From assembly GCA_046583315.1 (NCBI GenBank), contig JAYGCN010000075.1, forward strand, positions 1 through 63,281: 63,281 nucleotides of DNA, written 5' to 3'. The position numbers and the translations under genes were made by a program. Shown in pieces: positions 28,453 through 39,721 of the stretch (positions within the stretch are counted from its first letter, which is position 1; each line of letters starts with the position of its first letter). Below the pieces are notes generated by a model. The model was not told where the DNA came from and ran no database searches. It was given only the letters and a program-made list of their open reading frames with translations. This DNA is from Candidatus Hydrogenedentota bacterium (lineage in GTDB: Bacteria; Hydrogenedentota; Hydrogenedentia; Hydrogenedentales; GCA-2746185).

Positions 28453-28821
28453 TCATTCTGTTGCCACGCCATCGCCCGCCAACGCGAGGCCACCCTTGGC
28501 ATCAACGGTGCGGTAAAAACAGCTGGTCTCGTTGGTGTGACACGTAGGACCCTCAGGCTCACACTGCAGAATCAGTGCATCCGCATCGCAATCGACCCTG
28601 ATTTCCTTCACGTTCAGCATGTTCCCGGAAGTCTCTCCTTTTAGCCATAGTTCCTGACGCGATCGCGACCAGAAACAAGCCTTCTGTTTTTCAAGCGTGA
28701 TTCGCATAGATTCGTCGTTCATATAACCGAGCATCAGAACCTGGCCGGTTGTAGCATCTTGAATGATGGCCGCAACCAGGCCATTCTCATCACGCTTCAC
28801 AATATCAAACAAATTTTTCAA
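28453..28821 (-). CDS. hisI: Phosphoribosyl-AMP cyclohydrolase
   Basis: WSRSRQELWLKGETSG, DCDAD, CHT..SCF. Confidence 0.95.
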   Translation of the reverse strand: MKNLFDIVKRDENGLVAAIIQDATTGQVLMLGYMNDESMRITLEKQKACFWSRSRQELWLKGETSGNMLNVKEIRVDCDADALILQCEPEGPTCHTNETSCFYRTVDAKGGLALAGDGVATE

Positions 28822-28935
28822 TGGGATTCTCCCCTAAAGTATTTCAATAAGAACTCGAAAGCAGCAGAATGCAGCGCGAAATGATCAAAATTTACCGAAG
28901 CCATCGACAAGCTTGATGTCGAAAATGAAACCGCA

Positions 28936-29745
28936 TCATTGGGGACTCCCGCCAGCCGCATGCATCAGCGACGGATGCACCGTACGGACATGTACGCCAT
29001 GTTGCGCCAAATATTCCCGCGCCTCGTGCATGGTGTACTCTTGGAAGTGAAAAATGGAGGCCGCCAGTGCCGCATCAGCCCCACCCTCATCTAACGCCGC
29101 ACGCATATGCTCAAGGTTTCCCGCGCCACCACTCGCGATCACCGGAATACTCACGGCATCGGCGACCTTTCTGGTCTTTTCGATGTTGTAGCCATCTTTC
29201 GTGCCGTCGTTGTCCATGCACGTAAGGAGAATTTCTCCTGCACCGCGATCTTCCACTTCTTTGGCCCATTCGATAGGGTCCAATTCGGTCGCGCGTCCCC
29301 CATCCCGTCCACCGTGACTCTTCACGATGAATCCATGATCCGTTTTTTTGGCGTCTATCGCTACCACAATGCACTGTGAACCGAATCGCGTCGAAGCCTC
29401 GTTCACAAACTGTGGATTTTCAATCGCCGGAGTATTAATGCTGACCTTATCCGCACCAGCGGCGAGCAGTCGACGAATGTCTTCCGTTGTGCGGATGCCA
29501 CCGCCCACACACAAGGGCATGAACACTTCCTCGGCGGTATGGTAAACGACATCGAGCATCGTGTCCCGATTGTCCGTTGAGGCCTGAATATCGAGGAAAA
29601 CGATCTCGTCAGCGCCTTCCGCGTCATAACGCCGTGCGACCTCAACAGGATCGCCTGCATCCCGAAGGCCCACAAATTGTACGCCCTTAACAACGCGGCC
29701 ATTGGCCACATCCAGGCAGGGTATGATTCGTTTTGCCAGCATCAC
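28936..29745 (-). CDS. hisF: Imidazole glycerol phosphate synthase cyclase subunit
   Basis: [45 protein letters not shown]. Confidence 0.97.
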   Translation of the reverse strand: MMLAKRIIPCLDVANGRVVKGVQFVGLRDAGDPVEVARRYDAEGADEIVFLDIQASTDNRDTMLDVVYHTAEEVFMPLCVGGGIRTTEDIRRLLAAGADKVSINTPAIENPQFVNEASTRFGSQCIVVAIDAKKTDHGFIVKSHGGRDGGRATELDPIEWAKEVEDRGAGEILLTCMDNDGTKDGYNIEKTRKVADAVSIPVIASGGAGNLEHMRAALDEGGADAALAASIFHFQEYTMHEAREYLAQHGVHVRTVHPSLMHAAGGSPQ

Positions 29746-29765
29746 TCAACTCAATGTTGTTTCAC

Positions 29766-30491
29766 TTAGAACTTGCTAATTTCGCCGCCTGCGCCTCTGT
29801 CCAACTCAACCGAATTCGTAGTCTCGACAGGCACCTCCGCTACTGGTGGTGTTGGAATATGCGTACTTTGCGCATTCACGACGGTCGTCGCGCTTTCATT
29901 GGTCGATTCCAGCAAGAGTGGCTCCGGCTTGACCGTCTTCATGCGCATATTCCATCGAGTCACGGTCAATTTGGTTTCGACATCCTGCAACCCTACGATT
30001 TTCCGGGTGTGAATCTGTAGAAAGTTCTGCACACGTGCCGTGACCATCCGGGCGTCGTCATCCGCGCTCTTTTCGAGTATCGCGACCGCTTCGACCTTGA
30101 TTCGCCCATTGCCTTCAAGGGGTCGCAAGGTGATGGACATATTCTTTACTTCAGGTAGTTTCATCGCCACGCGTTGAAGCGTTGCTTCGACAGGCTCGAG
30201 CTCGATGGTCACTTCGCCATGGGTACCGACAAAGGACACGGATCGCCGTCTGCGTTTAGGAACAATGACCATCCAGAGCAGAAGCGCCCCGAACAAAGCC
30301 ATGGCTACACCGAAGACCTGGCGGTACGTCACCCCTTCAATCGGAATTGGTGTCGCTACGTCCAGGAATTCCATATATACATCATGAGCCCGTGCCACCA
30401 GTTCCTCGAGATCATACATGACAAACAATACGCCGATGGAAATAATGACAATGGCCGCACAAAATCGAATAAGACCGCGTATAAAACCCAT
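29766..30491 (-). CDS. AmaP-like membrane protein with Asp23-like domain
   Basis: Two N-terminal TMs, then GEVTIE..VE..L; downstream of accBC where Asp23-family genes often lie. Confidence 0.6.
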   Translation of the reverse strand: MGFIRGLIRFCAAIVIISIGVLFVMYDLEELVARAHDVYMEFLDVATPIPIEGVTYRQVFGVAMALFGALLLWMVIVPKRRRRSVSFVGTHGEVTIELEPVEATLQRVAMKLPEVKNMSITLRPLEGNGRIKVEAVAILEKSADDDARMVTARVQNFLQIHTRKIVGLQDVETKLTVTRWNMRMKTVKPEPLLLESTNESATTVVNAQSTHIPTPPVAEVPVETTNSVELDRGAGGEISKF

Positions 30492-30592
30492 GATGGAAAT
30501 CCCTTATGTACTCAGCACACCTAACAGAAAATAGCCCTGACGACACTGAAGGTCATCGCCCTTGAGTGTAGCATCAGAATACCCCTTAGCCT

Positions 30593-31945
30593 CTAAGTAT
30601 TCAACTTATTCTGCATAAACTGCTCAACGAAATTGACCGATATATCGCCACGGCGAAACCGACCGCTGCGTAATATCTTGGCACACAAACCAGCCGTCGT
30701 CTCGATACCCTGCACCCGAAATTCATCACAGGCACCGGCCAGACGCTCAATGGCCTGATCCCGCGTCTCTCCCCACGCCACGATCTTCGCCAATAAGGAG
30801 TCATAATACATCGGCACCGTATACCCTGCGCGAATGTGTGTATCCACACGAATACCAGGCCCCCCCGGCAAATACAATTGGTTCAATGTGCCCGGCGTGG
30901 GCTGGAAATCACGAGCGGGATCTTCCGCGTTGATACGCGCCTCAATCGAATGTCCGCGCGGTTTTAGTGAATTGTAGCCCAGCGGTTCGCCTGACGCGAT
31001 ACGAATCTGTTCAACGACCAGATCCTTCTGGATGACCTCTTCGGTGACCGGATGCTCGACCTGAATACGTGCATTAAACTCAATAAAATAGAAATTGCTT
31101 GTATCGTCATCGTAGAGAAATTCGACCGTACCGGCATTGCTGTATTTCACGGCCTTCGCGATCTTAATGGCCGCTTTCATCATCTTGGAACGCACCGAAG
31201 GCGTTATCGCTATCGAAGGGGTTTCTTCAATCAGCTTCTGATGCCGGCGCTGAATGCTGCATTCCCGTTCCCCCAGAGAAATCACCTTGCCATGCTGATC
31301 GGCCAATATTTGTACTTCAATGTGGCGTGCATTCTCGATGTATTTCTCAAGATACATACTGCCGTCACCGAAATTCGCCTCGGCCTCTGCAGTGGCTACC
31401 GAAAATGCTGATAGTAACGCGACATCGTTATGCGCAATACGCATCCCCTTGCCACCACCGCCTGCCGAAGCTTTTACCAGAACTGGAAAACCGATTTCAT
31501 TGGCAACTTCGCGCGCTTCTTCAGCGTCATGAATGAGCCCGTCGCTACCGGGCACTACAGGAACACCGACTGCCTTGACGATGTCCCGACACACAGACTT
31601 ATCGCCACTCATCGCAATCGCATCAGGACTTGGCCCGATGAAACCGATATGATGGTCCTCGCAAATCTGCGCGAACTTCGCGTTCTCCGAGAGAAACCCG
31701 TAACCCGGATGAATCGCCTGCGTATCACAAATTTCCGCCGCCGCGATGATGCCGGGAATATGGAGGTAACTTTCCGTGGGCGATGCAGGACCTATACAAA
31801 TACTCTCATCCGCAAGAGCCACATGCATGCTATCCGCATCGGCATCCGAATATACGGCAATGGAGGTGATACCCATCTGGCGACAGGCGCGAATGATACG
31901 AACTGCGATTTCGCCACGATTGGCAATCAATAAACGTCGGAACAT
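30593..31945 (-). CDS. accC: Acetyl-CoA carboxylase biotin carboxylase
   Basis: IANRGEIA, HPGYGFLSEN, GGGGKGM, ECSIQRRHQK, RIQVEHPVTE. Confidence 0.96.
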   Translation of the reverse strand: MFRRLLIANRGEIAVRIIRACRQMGITSIAVYSDADADSMHVALADESICIGPASPTESYLHIPGIIAAAEICDTQAIHPGYGFLSENAKFAQICEDHHIGFIGPSPDAIAMSGDKSVCRDIVKAVGVPVVPGSDGLIHDAEEAREVANEIGFPVLVKASAGGGGKGMRIAHNDVALLSAFSVATAEAEANFGDGSMYLEKYIENARHIEVQILADQHGKVISLGERECSIQRRHQKLIEETPSIAITPSVRSKMMKAAIKIAKAVKYSNAGTVEFLYDDDTSNFYFIEFNARIQVEHPVTEEVIQKDLVVEQIRIASGEPLGYNSLKPRGHSIEARINAEDPARDFQPTPGTLNQLYLPGGPGIRVDTHIRAGYTVPMYYDSLLAKIVAWGETRDQAIERLAGACDEFRVQGIETTAGLCAKILRSGRFRRGDISVNFVEQFMQNKLNT

Positions 31946-31971
31946 GAGATATGCTGAAACCTTCCGGGAAG

Positions 31972-32439
31972 TTAGGCAATATTACGAATGGCAAAGAGGG
32001 GCTGACCGAATTCAACGGGTTGAGCATTCTCCACCAGAATCTTCTCAATAATACAATTGGATTTGGCGGAAACTTCATTCATCAATTTCATCGCCTCAAC
32101 GATACAAATGGTCTGGCCTACTGCGATCTGATCGCCTTCCTGAACGAACAGGGGTTCACCGGGAGATGGTGCTGCATAAAAAGTCCCTACCATCGGCGAA
32201 TTGATCGTGTTCGCATAGGTTTCTTCTTCCGGTTCATCCGGAGGAGTACTCGTAACCGCTTTAGGCGTTGATACTTCACCAGTAACCGCGGGAGCCTGCG
32301 GAATGTACATCGGAACCGCAGCCCCACCAGCAATGTTCTTCTGCAAGCGCATCCGATGACCATCTTCTTCCAATTCCAGTTCAGTCAGATCGGAATTTTC
32401 GAAAACAGCGATGAGTTCTTTCAGTTCTTTCATATCCAC
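31972..32439 (-). CDS. accB: Biotin carboxyl carrier protein
   Basis: SPMVGTFY, EAMKLMNE biotinylation motif. Confidence 0.96.
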   Translation of the reverse strand: MDMKELKELIAVFENSDLTELELEEDGHRMRLQKNIAGGAAVPMYIPQAPAVTGEVSTPKAVTSTPPDEPEEETYANTINSPMVGTFYAAPSPGEPLFVQEGDQIAVGQTICIVEAMKLMNEVSAKSNCIIEKILVENAQPVEFGQPLFAIRNIA

Positions 32440-32472
32440 TATATGTTCCTCCGAATAGGAAAACTTCGACCC

Positions 32473-33033
32473 CTAATTAGCACGCTCGAGATAATCACCG
32501 GTCCGCGTATCAACCTTCACGGACTCACCTTCACTTATGAATAGCGGGACATTTACCGACGCACCCGTTTCAAGTTTGGCCGGCTTCGTCCCCCCCTGTG
32601 CACGATCACCTCTTTCACCGGGATCCGTCTGTGCAATCTCCAGCACAATTGTATTCGGCAGTTTGATCGCAATAACCTTTGAATCGTGGAACAACAGGCC
32701 CACGTTCGTATTCTCCTTGAGCCACAATTTCTTGTCACCCACCACTTCTTGCCCCACACCAACCTGCTCAAAGGTCTCGTTGTGCATGAAGTGATAAATA
32801 TCACCGTCGTTGTACAAATACTGGTGTTCTTCTTCGACGACACGCGCTTCTTCCATGCGCTCGCCAGAGCGGAAGGTCTTGTCCAGCACCTTGCCTGTCA
32901 AAATATTTTTGAGTTTCGACCGCACAAATGCGCCACCCTTACCCGGATTAACATGTTGAAATTCAACAAGTTCCATCAATGCGTTATTCTGAATCACAAC
33001 GATACCGTTGCGAAAATCTGCCGTTGAAATCAT
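32473..33033 (-). CDS. efp: Elongation factor P
   Basis: PGKGGAFVR, KPAKLETG, VPLFI, DTRTG.Y. Confidence 0.97.
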   Translation of the reverse strand: MISTADFRNGIVVIQNNALMELVEFQHVNPGKGGAFVRSKLKNILTGKVLDKTFRSGERMEEARVVEEEHQYLYNDGDIYHFMHNETFEQVGVGQEVVGDKKLWLKENTNVGLLFHDSKVIAIKLPNTIVLEIAQTDPGERGDRAQGGTKPAKLETGASVNVPLFISEGESVKVDTRTGDYLERAN

Positions 33034-33102
33034 CTTCGTATTCTATCCTTTATTCGTCCAAAATAGCGCGTAACTATATCCGTTTCGAGCGTAATAAAAC
33101 AA

Positions 33103-34185
33103 CTATAAACCCAAAACAGTCAACTCTTTAGGCATGGAGGTCAATAATTCGCAGCCGCCCTCGCGCACGACCACCAAATCCTCAATTCGCACGCCCCCTT
33201 TACCCGGCAAATAAATCCCCGGCTCAACCGTCACGATCATACCCGCTTCCATCATCGTCTCCGAATGCGCGTTCAGTCGCGGTGCCTCGTGAATTTCAAT
33301 CCCTACCCCATGCCCCAAACCATGACCAAAATACTCTCCGTAGCCCGCTTCCGAAATGATGTCCCGCGCGATCGCGTCAATCTCTCGACCCGTCCTGCCC
33401 GGCATCACTGCATCCAGCGCCTGCAACTGCGCATCCAGTGTCACCGCGTATATCTCATCAAACCAATCCCCTGGCGATTCCTGAAAGACATAGGTACGTG
33501 TCATGTCCGAGCAATACCCGCCTAACCGACAACCGAAATCAAAAAGCATCACATCACCCTTCGCCAATTGTTTCGCACCCGGTTCACCGTGCGGCAAGGA
33601 ACTCTTCGGACCGAACAACGCTATCGTGTCGAACGACGCGCTCGAGGCCCCACGTTTCTTGAATTCATATTCGAATTGCGCTGCCACTTCCCGTTCGGGA
33701 ATACCAGCCTCCAAAGTAGGAATCACATCGACCAGTACACCCTCTGCCAGACTTGATGCCTCACGTAGAAGATCAATTTCGCTTTCGTCTTTGACCAGCC
33801 GCATCCCGTTTGCAAGTGTACCGTTCGCGACCAGTGCCCCGTCAAACGCCTCATCCAATCGGCCATACTCGTCGTGCGTCACGCCCGAGGGATCAAACGC
33901 GACTCGATTCGCGCCAATCTTGTTAAGGTGTTCACCCGATCGGATCACAATGTCACCAGTAATCTCCTCGATCTCGAAACCCTTCACCTCTTCACGCGCT
34001 TGTTCCGTATACCGAAAGTCACACATGAAATGGGCCTCCGCCTGCGAAACCATGATCGATGACGAAATTTCCATGAAACCCGTGCTCAACCCGGAAAAAT
34101 ATTGATTCGTCGGGCCGGATACGCTTACAAATGCATCGCAACCGCTTCCTCCCAAGGCCTCGCGTAATTTCTCCAACCTACCCAT
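33103..34185 (-). CDS. Xaa-Pro aminopeptidase (M24B)
   Basis: [40 protein letters not shown]. Confidence 0.93.
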   Translation of the reverse strand: MGRLEKLREALGGSGCDAFVSVSGPTNQYFSGLSTGFMEISSSIMVSQAEAHFMCDFRYTEQAREEVKGFEIEEITGDIVIRSGEHLNKIGANRVAFDPSGVTHDEYGRLDEAFDGALVANGTLANGMRLVKDESEIDLLREASSLAEGVLVDVIPTLEAGIPEREVAAQFEYEFKKRGASSASFDTIALFGPKSSLPHGEPGAKQLAKGDVMLFDFGCRLGGYCSDMTRTYVFQESPGDWFDEIYAVTLDAQLQALDAVMPGRTGREIDAIARDIISEAGYGEYFGHGLGHGVGIEIHEAPRLNAHSETMMEAGMIVTVEPGIYLPGKGGVRIEDLVVVREGGCELLTSMPKELTVLGL

Positions 34186-34618
34186 TCGCGTTCTCCAGAT
34201 TCATCGCGGCATGCAAGGCCATGCTGTACCCCTGCGCGCCGAATCCGATGATCTGCCCAACCGTTACCGCAGAAATATACGAATGGTGACGAAATTTTTC
34301 GCGCGCATGGACATTCGAAAGATGAATTTCAATCGTCGGAATATCCACCCCCGCAATCGCATCACGCAAGGCAATGCTAGTATGCGTATAGGCACCCGGA
34401 TTAATCACAATCGCGTCCGCCCAGCCGCGCGCATCGTGAATGGCATCGATCAGCGCCCCCTCGGAATTCGACTGAAACGAACGCGCCACAGACCCAGCAG
34501 CCTCAGCCTGTTTCGCGAGCATTGCGTCAATTTCCGCCAGCGTTAGATGTCCGTACACCTCTAGCTCACGCTCTCCCAGCAGGTTCAGATTTGGGCCATG
34601 AATAATTTGAATGTTCAT
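34178..34618 (-). CDS. aroQ: Type II 3-dehydroquinate dehydratase
   Basis: [33 protein letters not shown]. Confidence 0.97.
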   Translation of the reverse strand: MNIQIIHGPNLNLLGERELEVYGHLTLAEIDAMLAKQAEAAGSVARSFQSNSEGALIDAIHDARGWADAIVINPGAYTHTSIALRDAIAGVDIPTIEIHLSNVHAREKFRHHSYISAVTVGQIIGFGAQGYSMALHAAMNLENANG

Positions 34619-34682
34619 CTGTTATCCTTTACGTTTCCATCAAGGGTTTGCGTTGCCGTCAGATATGCATACTCTGCGAATC

Positions 34683-37460
34683 TCATCGTAAATTCAATAC
34701 ATCGTGTTTGTACCGCACAAGCCAGTCCCGCGTCTTGTACGCATCACGCGATTTCCTCATAAAGACCTCCCCTTCAGCGCCCAGCGACTTGGCTATCGCA
34801 GTATTCGGTTTCGCTCTTTTGGAAGCGACCAGAAACGCGTTACCAATCACCGACATCGATTCGGCGTATTGCTGCTGCATGGACGAAGAGGTCGGGTAGA
34901 GTTCCAACGCCTTTTCATACACCGCCGCACCATCACGGAAATAGTCCAACTGTTTAGGCGTCGGGTCTGCCTGACCTCGCGCCCAAAGAGCAGCACACAA
35001 CTCAATCTGCGCTTCCGGATCATAGGGGCTGCGTTCCGTGCGTTTTCGGGCCCACGCAAGACATTCTTGACTGTATCGTAACTGCTTGTTTTTGTCCGTC
35101 GTCGCTTTAAATTTGGCACGCGCCCAACGAAATCCAAGTCGTGGCACCATTGTGCCATGCGGATACAATTTCTCCAGTTCCTCAAACTCTGTCAAGCGTG
35201 TCTCTGTCGTACGCATAACCAAAGCACGCGCCTGTCCCGCATTGTTCACGAAAACACCCGCGTTTCCGGGAATCGCCTCACCGTCCGCCAGTTCCCGAGT
35301 CGCAAAATTGCCCTTGGGCGTACGAACACCGGTAGGCACACGAACCATTCCTATCGCAAGAATATCTTCGTCGTTGCCTACCAACGTTCTCAGTTTAGTA
35401 ACCTCCAGGTATGGTGGCGGTCCCTCCCCTTTATACTGCTGCACTTCGGCGCTCACCAGGAATTCAAGCACATCGCCCGGCATATCTACTGTGAAGCGAT
35501 TTCCGATATCGTTCGCCTTGGCCAAACCCTCGCCCACGGTCCACCCGAAATCGTATCGAAACTGCCGCAAACTCGCGGAAGCTACCGCAATAGCCAGAAT
35601 CACGCCCAAAACAGCTACTATCCGCACAATCGGGACACTGAGGTTCCCCACTTTAGGCGCGGTCTCACCATTGGTATCAACCAATGCCGACCGCGCAAAG
35701 AAGATACCCGTCAACAGGTAAAGCGTCATCGCCAGCGACGGGTTCTGAAAGTCAAAATCGAAGAAGGTGTGCGCCAGAAAGGAGACGATTCCGGCATAAA
35801 GGCCACCAAGAATAAACTTCTCGCGCCAATCCCTTTCCTTCAAAATACGCGACGCCCCCCAGACCATAAAATAGATCCAGAATGCCATGAACAATATGAA
35901 TCCGAATACGCCCGTCTCAGTGAATATTTGAAGATAATCATTGTGTGCGGTCTTGACATCATGCGCGTCCAGAAATTGATACACCCCATACACAGTCCCG
36001 AAATTTCCCAAGCCAACCCCGGTAAAAAAGTTGTCTTCCACGATGAGCATACCTACGCGCCAATACGTCATTCGAAAGGATAACGACTGCGCGCTGACAA
36101 TTTCTTCAAGGCCTACTTCCCTACCCTCGACCCGTAATTCGGAAGCGTCATAACTGATGCCCTTGGGGCGAAAATCAACCTTCGTGTCTGGCAACATGAA
36201 ACCGTCATCCTCCAAGTCCAGCGCGTGTACCGCTGGAACCAGGGTCATCGCCACGACCAACAAAATTGCCGCCAATTCCGCCCAGCGACGGCCAAAGCCA
36301 TACAAACGCGGAATGCGCGGCGTTGAGAAGAATAAAAGCAGGGCGAGCAGGGCGCACCCAAACATCAATCCCAGCATCGCCGCCCTCGAATAGGTTTGCC
36401 ACAGGCAGTAGACCTGCATACCCGCCGTGAGAAACAGCAATACCGTTCCCAGGATGCGACCGTATCCGAGTGCACCCTTCAGGTGAACCAGATAGCCACT
36501 AACCAAGCCAAACGCGCACGGAAGAATACCCAGGTAAAACACCGAGCGCGCGGTGCCCTGAATTAACGGAATGGCACCCAATGTATGGCTCAGCAACAGC
36601 GCATTCAGACTGTACATATAGAAAAACATAAAAAAGGCCGCCAATGCGCCGACCAGCAACGTCGCGAAACTGGAATTGAGCCAGCCAAGCGTCGGTTTAT
36701 CGCGATCCACGATGTCTTTCATCCTTGACGCACTTGCAATGGCCCAACCGGTCATCAACGGAATACACAACACCAAAAAAGCTGCAAGCGCATTCGGGTG
36801 CAAAAACGTACCGAAAGCTCGAGCCATTTCAAGCCGATGTTTCAACTCCGGTGTCAGAGTCGTCGTGCCGAAATATTGCATAAGCAACGAGGGCTGTCGA
36901 GCAATGCTCTCGCGGACGAATGGCAATACAAATTCCGCATGCACCAACGCCCACACAGCGCTCAGCAGCGACGTGACCACCAGCGTTCCCAGAACGATCC
37001 CTATCCCGAAACGTGTACGCAGGCCCTGTGAAGCCATCAGGAATATAAATAAGTAGGAAGTATAGAGGAGGAATTGCCGCAACGAAACATCGTAATTCAC
37101 ACCGGACAATGCCGTTCCATACGCGACCGCCAAAAACGCACCGAATAAAGCAATCGGAACCCGAGAACGAATGGCACGCCCACGATAGACCATGTACGAC
37201 AAAAAGCACACGGCCAGCACAGCGATGTACCCCACGAAGTAAACGTTAAAATAGGGATAGGTCATCCCGTCACGCCACGGACGTACCGCGATCAGGATTG
37301 CAAGACCCAGCGCAACCGGCTCATTGAGCAACGATTTCCAATTGAAACCGACGACATCCGATGCCGCCGGTTCATCCCCCACAGTCTCGACCTCAGAGAC
37401 CACAGCCGTCACACTCTGGGTCACCGATTTCTTCTTCTTTTTCTTCTTCGATTTGGCCAA
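34683..37460 (-). CDS. O-antigen ligase/Wzy_C-family polytopic membrane protein with C-terminal TPR-like region
   Basis: RAFGTFLHPNALA, TYSRAA, R..YW, GVGLGNF, AHNDYLQ..E.G; many TMs. Confidence 0.85.
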   Translation of the reverse strand: MAKSKKKKKKKSVTQSVTAVVSEVETVGDEPAASDVVGFNWKSLLNEPVALGLAILIAVRPWRDGMTYPYFNVYFVGYIAVLAVCFLSYMVYRGRAIRSRVPIALFGAFLAVAYGTALSGVNYDVSLRQFLLYTSYLFIFLMASQGLRTRFGIGIVLGTLVVTSLLSAVWALVHAEFVLPFVRESIARQPSLLMQYFGTTTLTPELKHRLEMARAFGTFLHPNALAAFLVLCIPLMTGWAIASASRMKDIVDRDKPTLGWLNSSFATLLVGALAAFFMFFYMYSLNALLLSHTLGAIPLIQGTARSVFYLGILPCAFGLVSGYLVHLKGALGYGRILGTVLLFLTAGMQVYCLWQTYSRAAMLGLMFGCALLALLLFFSTPRIPRLYGFGRRWAELAAILLVVAMTLVPAVHALDLEDDGFMLPDTKVDFRPKGISYDASELRVEGREVGLEEIVSAQSLSFRMTYWRVGMLIVEDNFFTGVGLGNFGTVYGVYQFLDAHDVKTAHNDYLQIFTETGVFGFILFMAFWIYFMVWGASRILKERDWREKFILGGLYAGIVSFLAHTFFDFDFQNPSLAMTLYLLTGIFFARSALVDTNGETAPKVGNLSVPIVRIVAVLGVILAIAVASASLRQFRYDFGWTVGEGLAKANDIGNRFTVDMPGDVLEFLVSAEVQQYKGEGPPPYLEVTKLRTLVGNDEDILAIGMVRVPTGVRTPKGNFATRELADGEAIPGNAGVFVNNAGQARALVMRTTETRLTEFEELEKLYPHGTMVPRLGFRWARAKFKATTDKNKQLRYSQECLAWARKRTERSPYDPEAQIELCAALWARGQADPTPKQLDYFRDGAAVYEKALELYPTSSSMQQQYAESMSVIGNAFLVASKRAKPNTAIAKSLGAEGEVFMRKSRDAYKTRDWLVRYKHDVLNLR

Positions 37461-37479
37461 AACTGACTCTCTACTCTTC

Positions 37480-38619
37480 CTAACGTTTCGCGTTCATCAG
37501 CAACACGATCAACAGAAAAATCCCGACTATCTGCGCTAATATTACCGCCGTTCCGATCACATTCACGCGCAACAACAACGCGCCTCCCAGCCCGTTGATT
37601 GCCGCGACCAGAAAGATAAACTCCACCGCCTGACGCGGAGTCATGCCCAGCTCGACCAGACGATGCGAAAAGTGACGTTTATCGCCCTTCATAATCGACT
37701 CCCCGTTTCGCCAACGAATATAGACCACGCTCAGTGTATCAAATATGGGAACGCTTAACGCCAACAGGGGTGCAACAATCGCCGCCCTCGAAGAAATCGA
37801 TTCTGTGTAGAACGTACCCAACACGGCCACCGTCGCCAATATGTAGCCGCAGAACATCGAACCGGAATCACCCATAAAAATCTTCGCCGGGCTGAAATTA
37901 TGAAACAAGAAACCACACACCGATCCTGTGAACACCATCAGCATCGCACAAATGAAGTATTCCTCGTGAGGCAGGATGCAGATGAAAAAGCTCAATGCGG
38001 CAATCGCCGCCACACCCCCTGCAAGCCCGTCCATGTTATCCAGAAAATTCATCGAATTGATCATCATAATGACCCAGAACATCGTCAGACCGGATGAAAC
38101 TACAACACCAATCATCGACAGTGTCTCAGTATCAAAACCACCGACCACGGGAAGCTGCAACAGCAAAGGCTCGATAAACACATCCAGCCGTATCCCCGAA
38201 AGCACTAGCACTGACGCCGCAACGATCTGTCCGACTAACTTCTTCTCAGGCGACAGCGCACGAAGATCATCGACCACCCCCAGTACGAAAATGATGAAGC
38301 CACCCGCCACGACACCCAGTAGCGGTCGCCACGTGGTCGCATTCAAATAGCCCGACACGTGATCCTGAACCCAGCTGAACCCAAGTTGTCCGGCCCACTC
38401 CAGCAACAGCAGATTGCCCAAAATCACCAGATTGAATGTCAGATATATGGCCACGCCCCCCAGCACTGGCACGGCGTGCTCGTGAATCTTTCGTTCCCCG
38501 GGATGATCCACAAAGGCCCAGCGATGCGACACCCAGCGCATCAGCCCCGTCAGCATCAGCGAAACAATAAATGCTTCCACCAACGCCCCCGCAAATATGA
38601 GATACCAATTACTTATCAT
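37480..38619 (-). CDS. WecA/TagO-like undecaprenyl-phosphate sugar-1-phosphate transferase (MraY family)
   Basis: RKIH, GVVDD, NFLDNMDGL, FMGDSGS, HFSHRL. Confidence 0.92.
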   Translation of the reverse strand: MISNWYLIFAGALVEAFIVSLMLTGLMRWVSHRWAFVDHPGERKIHEHAVPVLGGVAIYLTFNLVILGNLLLLEWAGQLGFSWVQDHVSGYLNATTWRPLLGVVAGGFIIFVLGVVDDLRALSPEKKLVGQIVAASVLVLSGIRLDVFIEPLLLQLPVVGGFDTETLSMIGVVVSSGLTMFWVIMMINSMNFLDNMDGLAGGVAAIAALSFFICILPHEEYFICAMLMVFTGSVCGFLFHNFSPAKIFMGDSGSMFCGYILATVAVLGTFYTESISSRAAIVAPLLALSVPIFDTLSVVYIRWRNGESIMKGDKRHFSHRLVELGMTPRQAVEFIFLVAAINGLGGALLLRVNVIGTAVILAQIVGIFLLIVLLMNAKR

Positions 38620-39721
38620 CGACCAGTCCCCGAACCAGTTCGTATTCTAATCGCGCGACATGACGCGCATCAAACTGTTCAATAATTCGATCGCGGGCAT
38701 GCTCGCCGTATCCAAGTCGCAATTCGTCATTTTGCATCAAACGATTGACGGCATCCGCAAAGGCCCGCGCATCACCAACCGGCACGTTCAGCCCCGTCTC
38801 TGCATCCACATTGATAAACTCGACCCCCGTGCCCAGTTTCGTGGCCACAACGGGTTTCCTGCACACATGCGCCTCCATGATCGAGATTCCGAAAGCCTCA
38901 CTACGTTCTATGGAAGGGAACGCGACGAGCGAACACGCATGCAAATGCGCCACCATCTCCTCATCCGACAGCGTACCCGGAAAATGCACCTTCACACCCA
39001 AATCCCGTGTCTGCTTTTCAAGCCTTTCGCGCTCCGGACCATCCCCGGCAATCACGATCGGCATATCAATCCTCTGCGCCGCCTCCACCAGCACATGCAG
39101 CCCCTTATAATAACGATGACGCCCTCCAAAAAACACGAATCGCTCGCCATAACGAGTTCTATACTCCGAGACAAGGTCTTCCCGCGGCGACTCAAAATCT
39201 TCCGGCAAAATTCCCAGCGAAATCACCTCACACTTATCCCGAAACGGCGCGAGTGACTCCGACGTATCCAGATAATTCTGCGAGGTAGGAATGATCACAT
39301 CTGCCCTAGCCAACAACGCCTGCTGGAATGGTCGATAGATTTTCATCGCCGCCGCCTGACGAATCACGTCACTATGATATCGCACGACCAACTTTCCCCT
39401 TGGCCGCGTCATCAACCATCCCAGTTCCGCCGTCGGATTCGGAACATGCACCATCATCACATCCGCTTTCATCTTGCGCATGTAGAACGGAAATAAGGGT
39501 GATGCCGGAGCACTCTGAAAACGTCCCAACTCCCCCACTTCAGTGACCTGCGTGCCATCCCTGTCCACCACGCGCGTTCCAAACTTGCGACTACACGTCA
39601 ACGCCTCCACATCCGCCCACTCCCGCTGAAAGCGACACATCAGCGCGATATGCCGTTCCATACCCCCATGAATCGGCGGCTCAAAATCCTTGTACACATG
39701 CAGTATTTTCAGTCTAGACAT
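38609..39721 (-). CDS. Glycosyltransferase family 4
   Basis: GGME, YHSD, YKG, SEAFGISIMEA. Confidence 0.9.
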   Translation of the reverse strand: MSRLKILHVYKDFEPPIHGGMERHIALMCRFQREWADVEALTCSRKFGTRVVDRDGTQVTEVGELGRFQSAPASPLFPFYMRKMKADVMMVHVPNPTAELGWLMTRPRGKLVVRYHSDVIRQAAAMKIYRPFQQALLARADVIIPTSQNYLDTSESLAPFRDKCEVISLGILPEDFESPREDLVSEYRTRYGERFVFFGGRHRYYKGLHVLVEAAQRIDMPIVIAGDGPERERLEKQTRDLGVKVHFPGTLSDEEMVAHLHACSLVAFPSIERSEAFGISIMEAHVCRKPVVATKLGTGVEFINVDAETGLNVPVGDARAFADAVNRLMQNDELRLGYGEHARDRIIEQFDARHVARLEYELVRGLVDDK

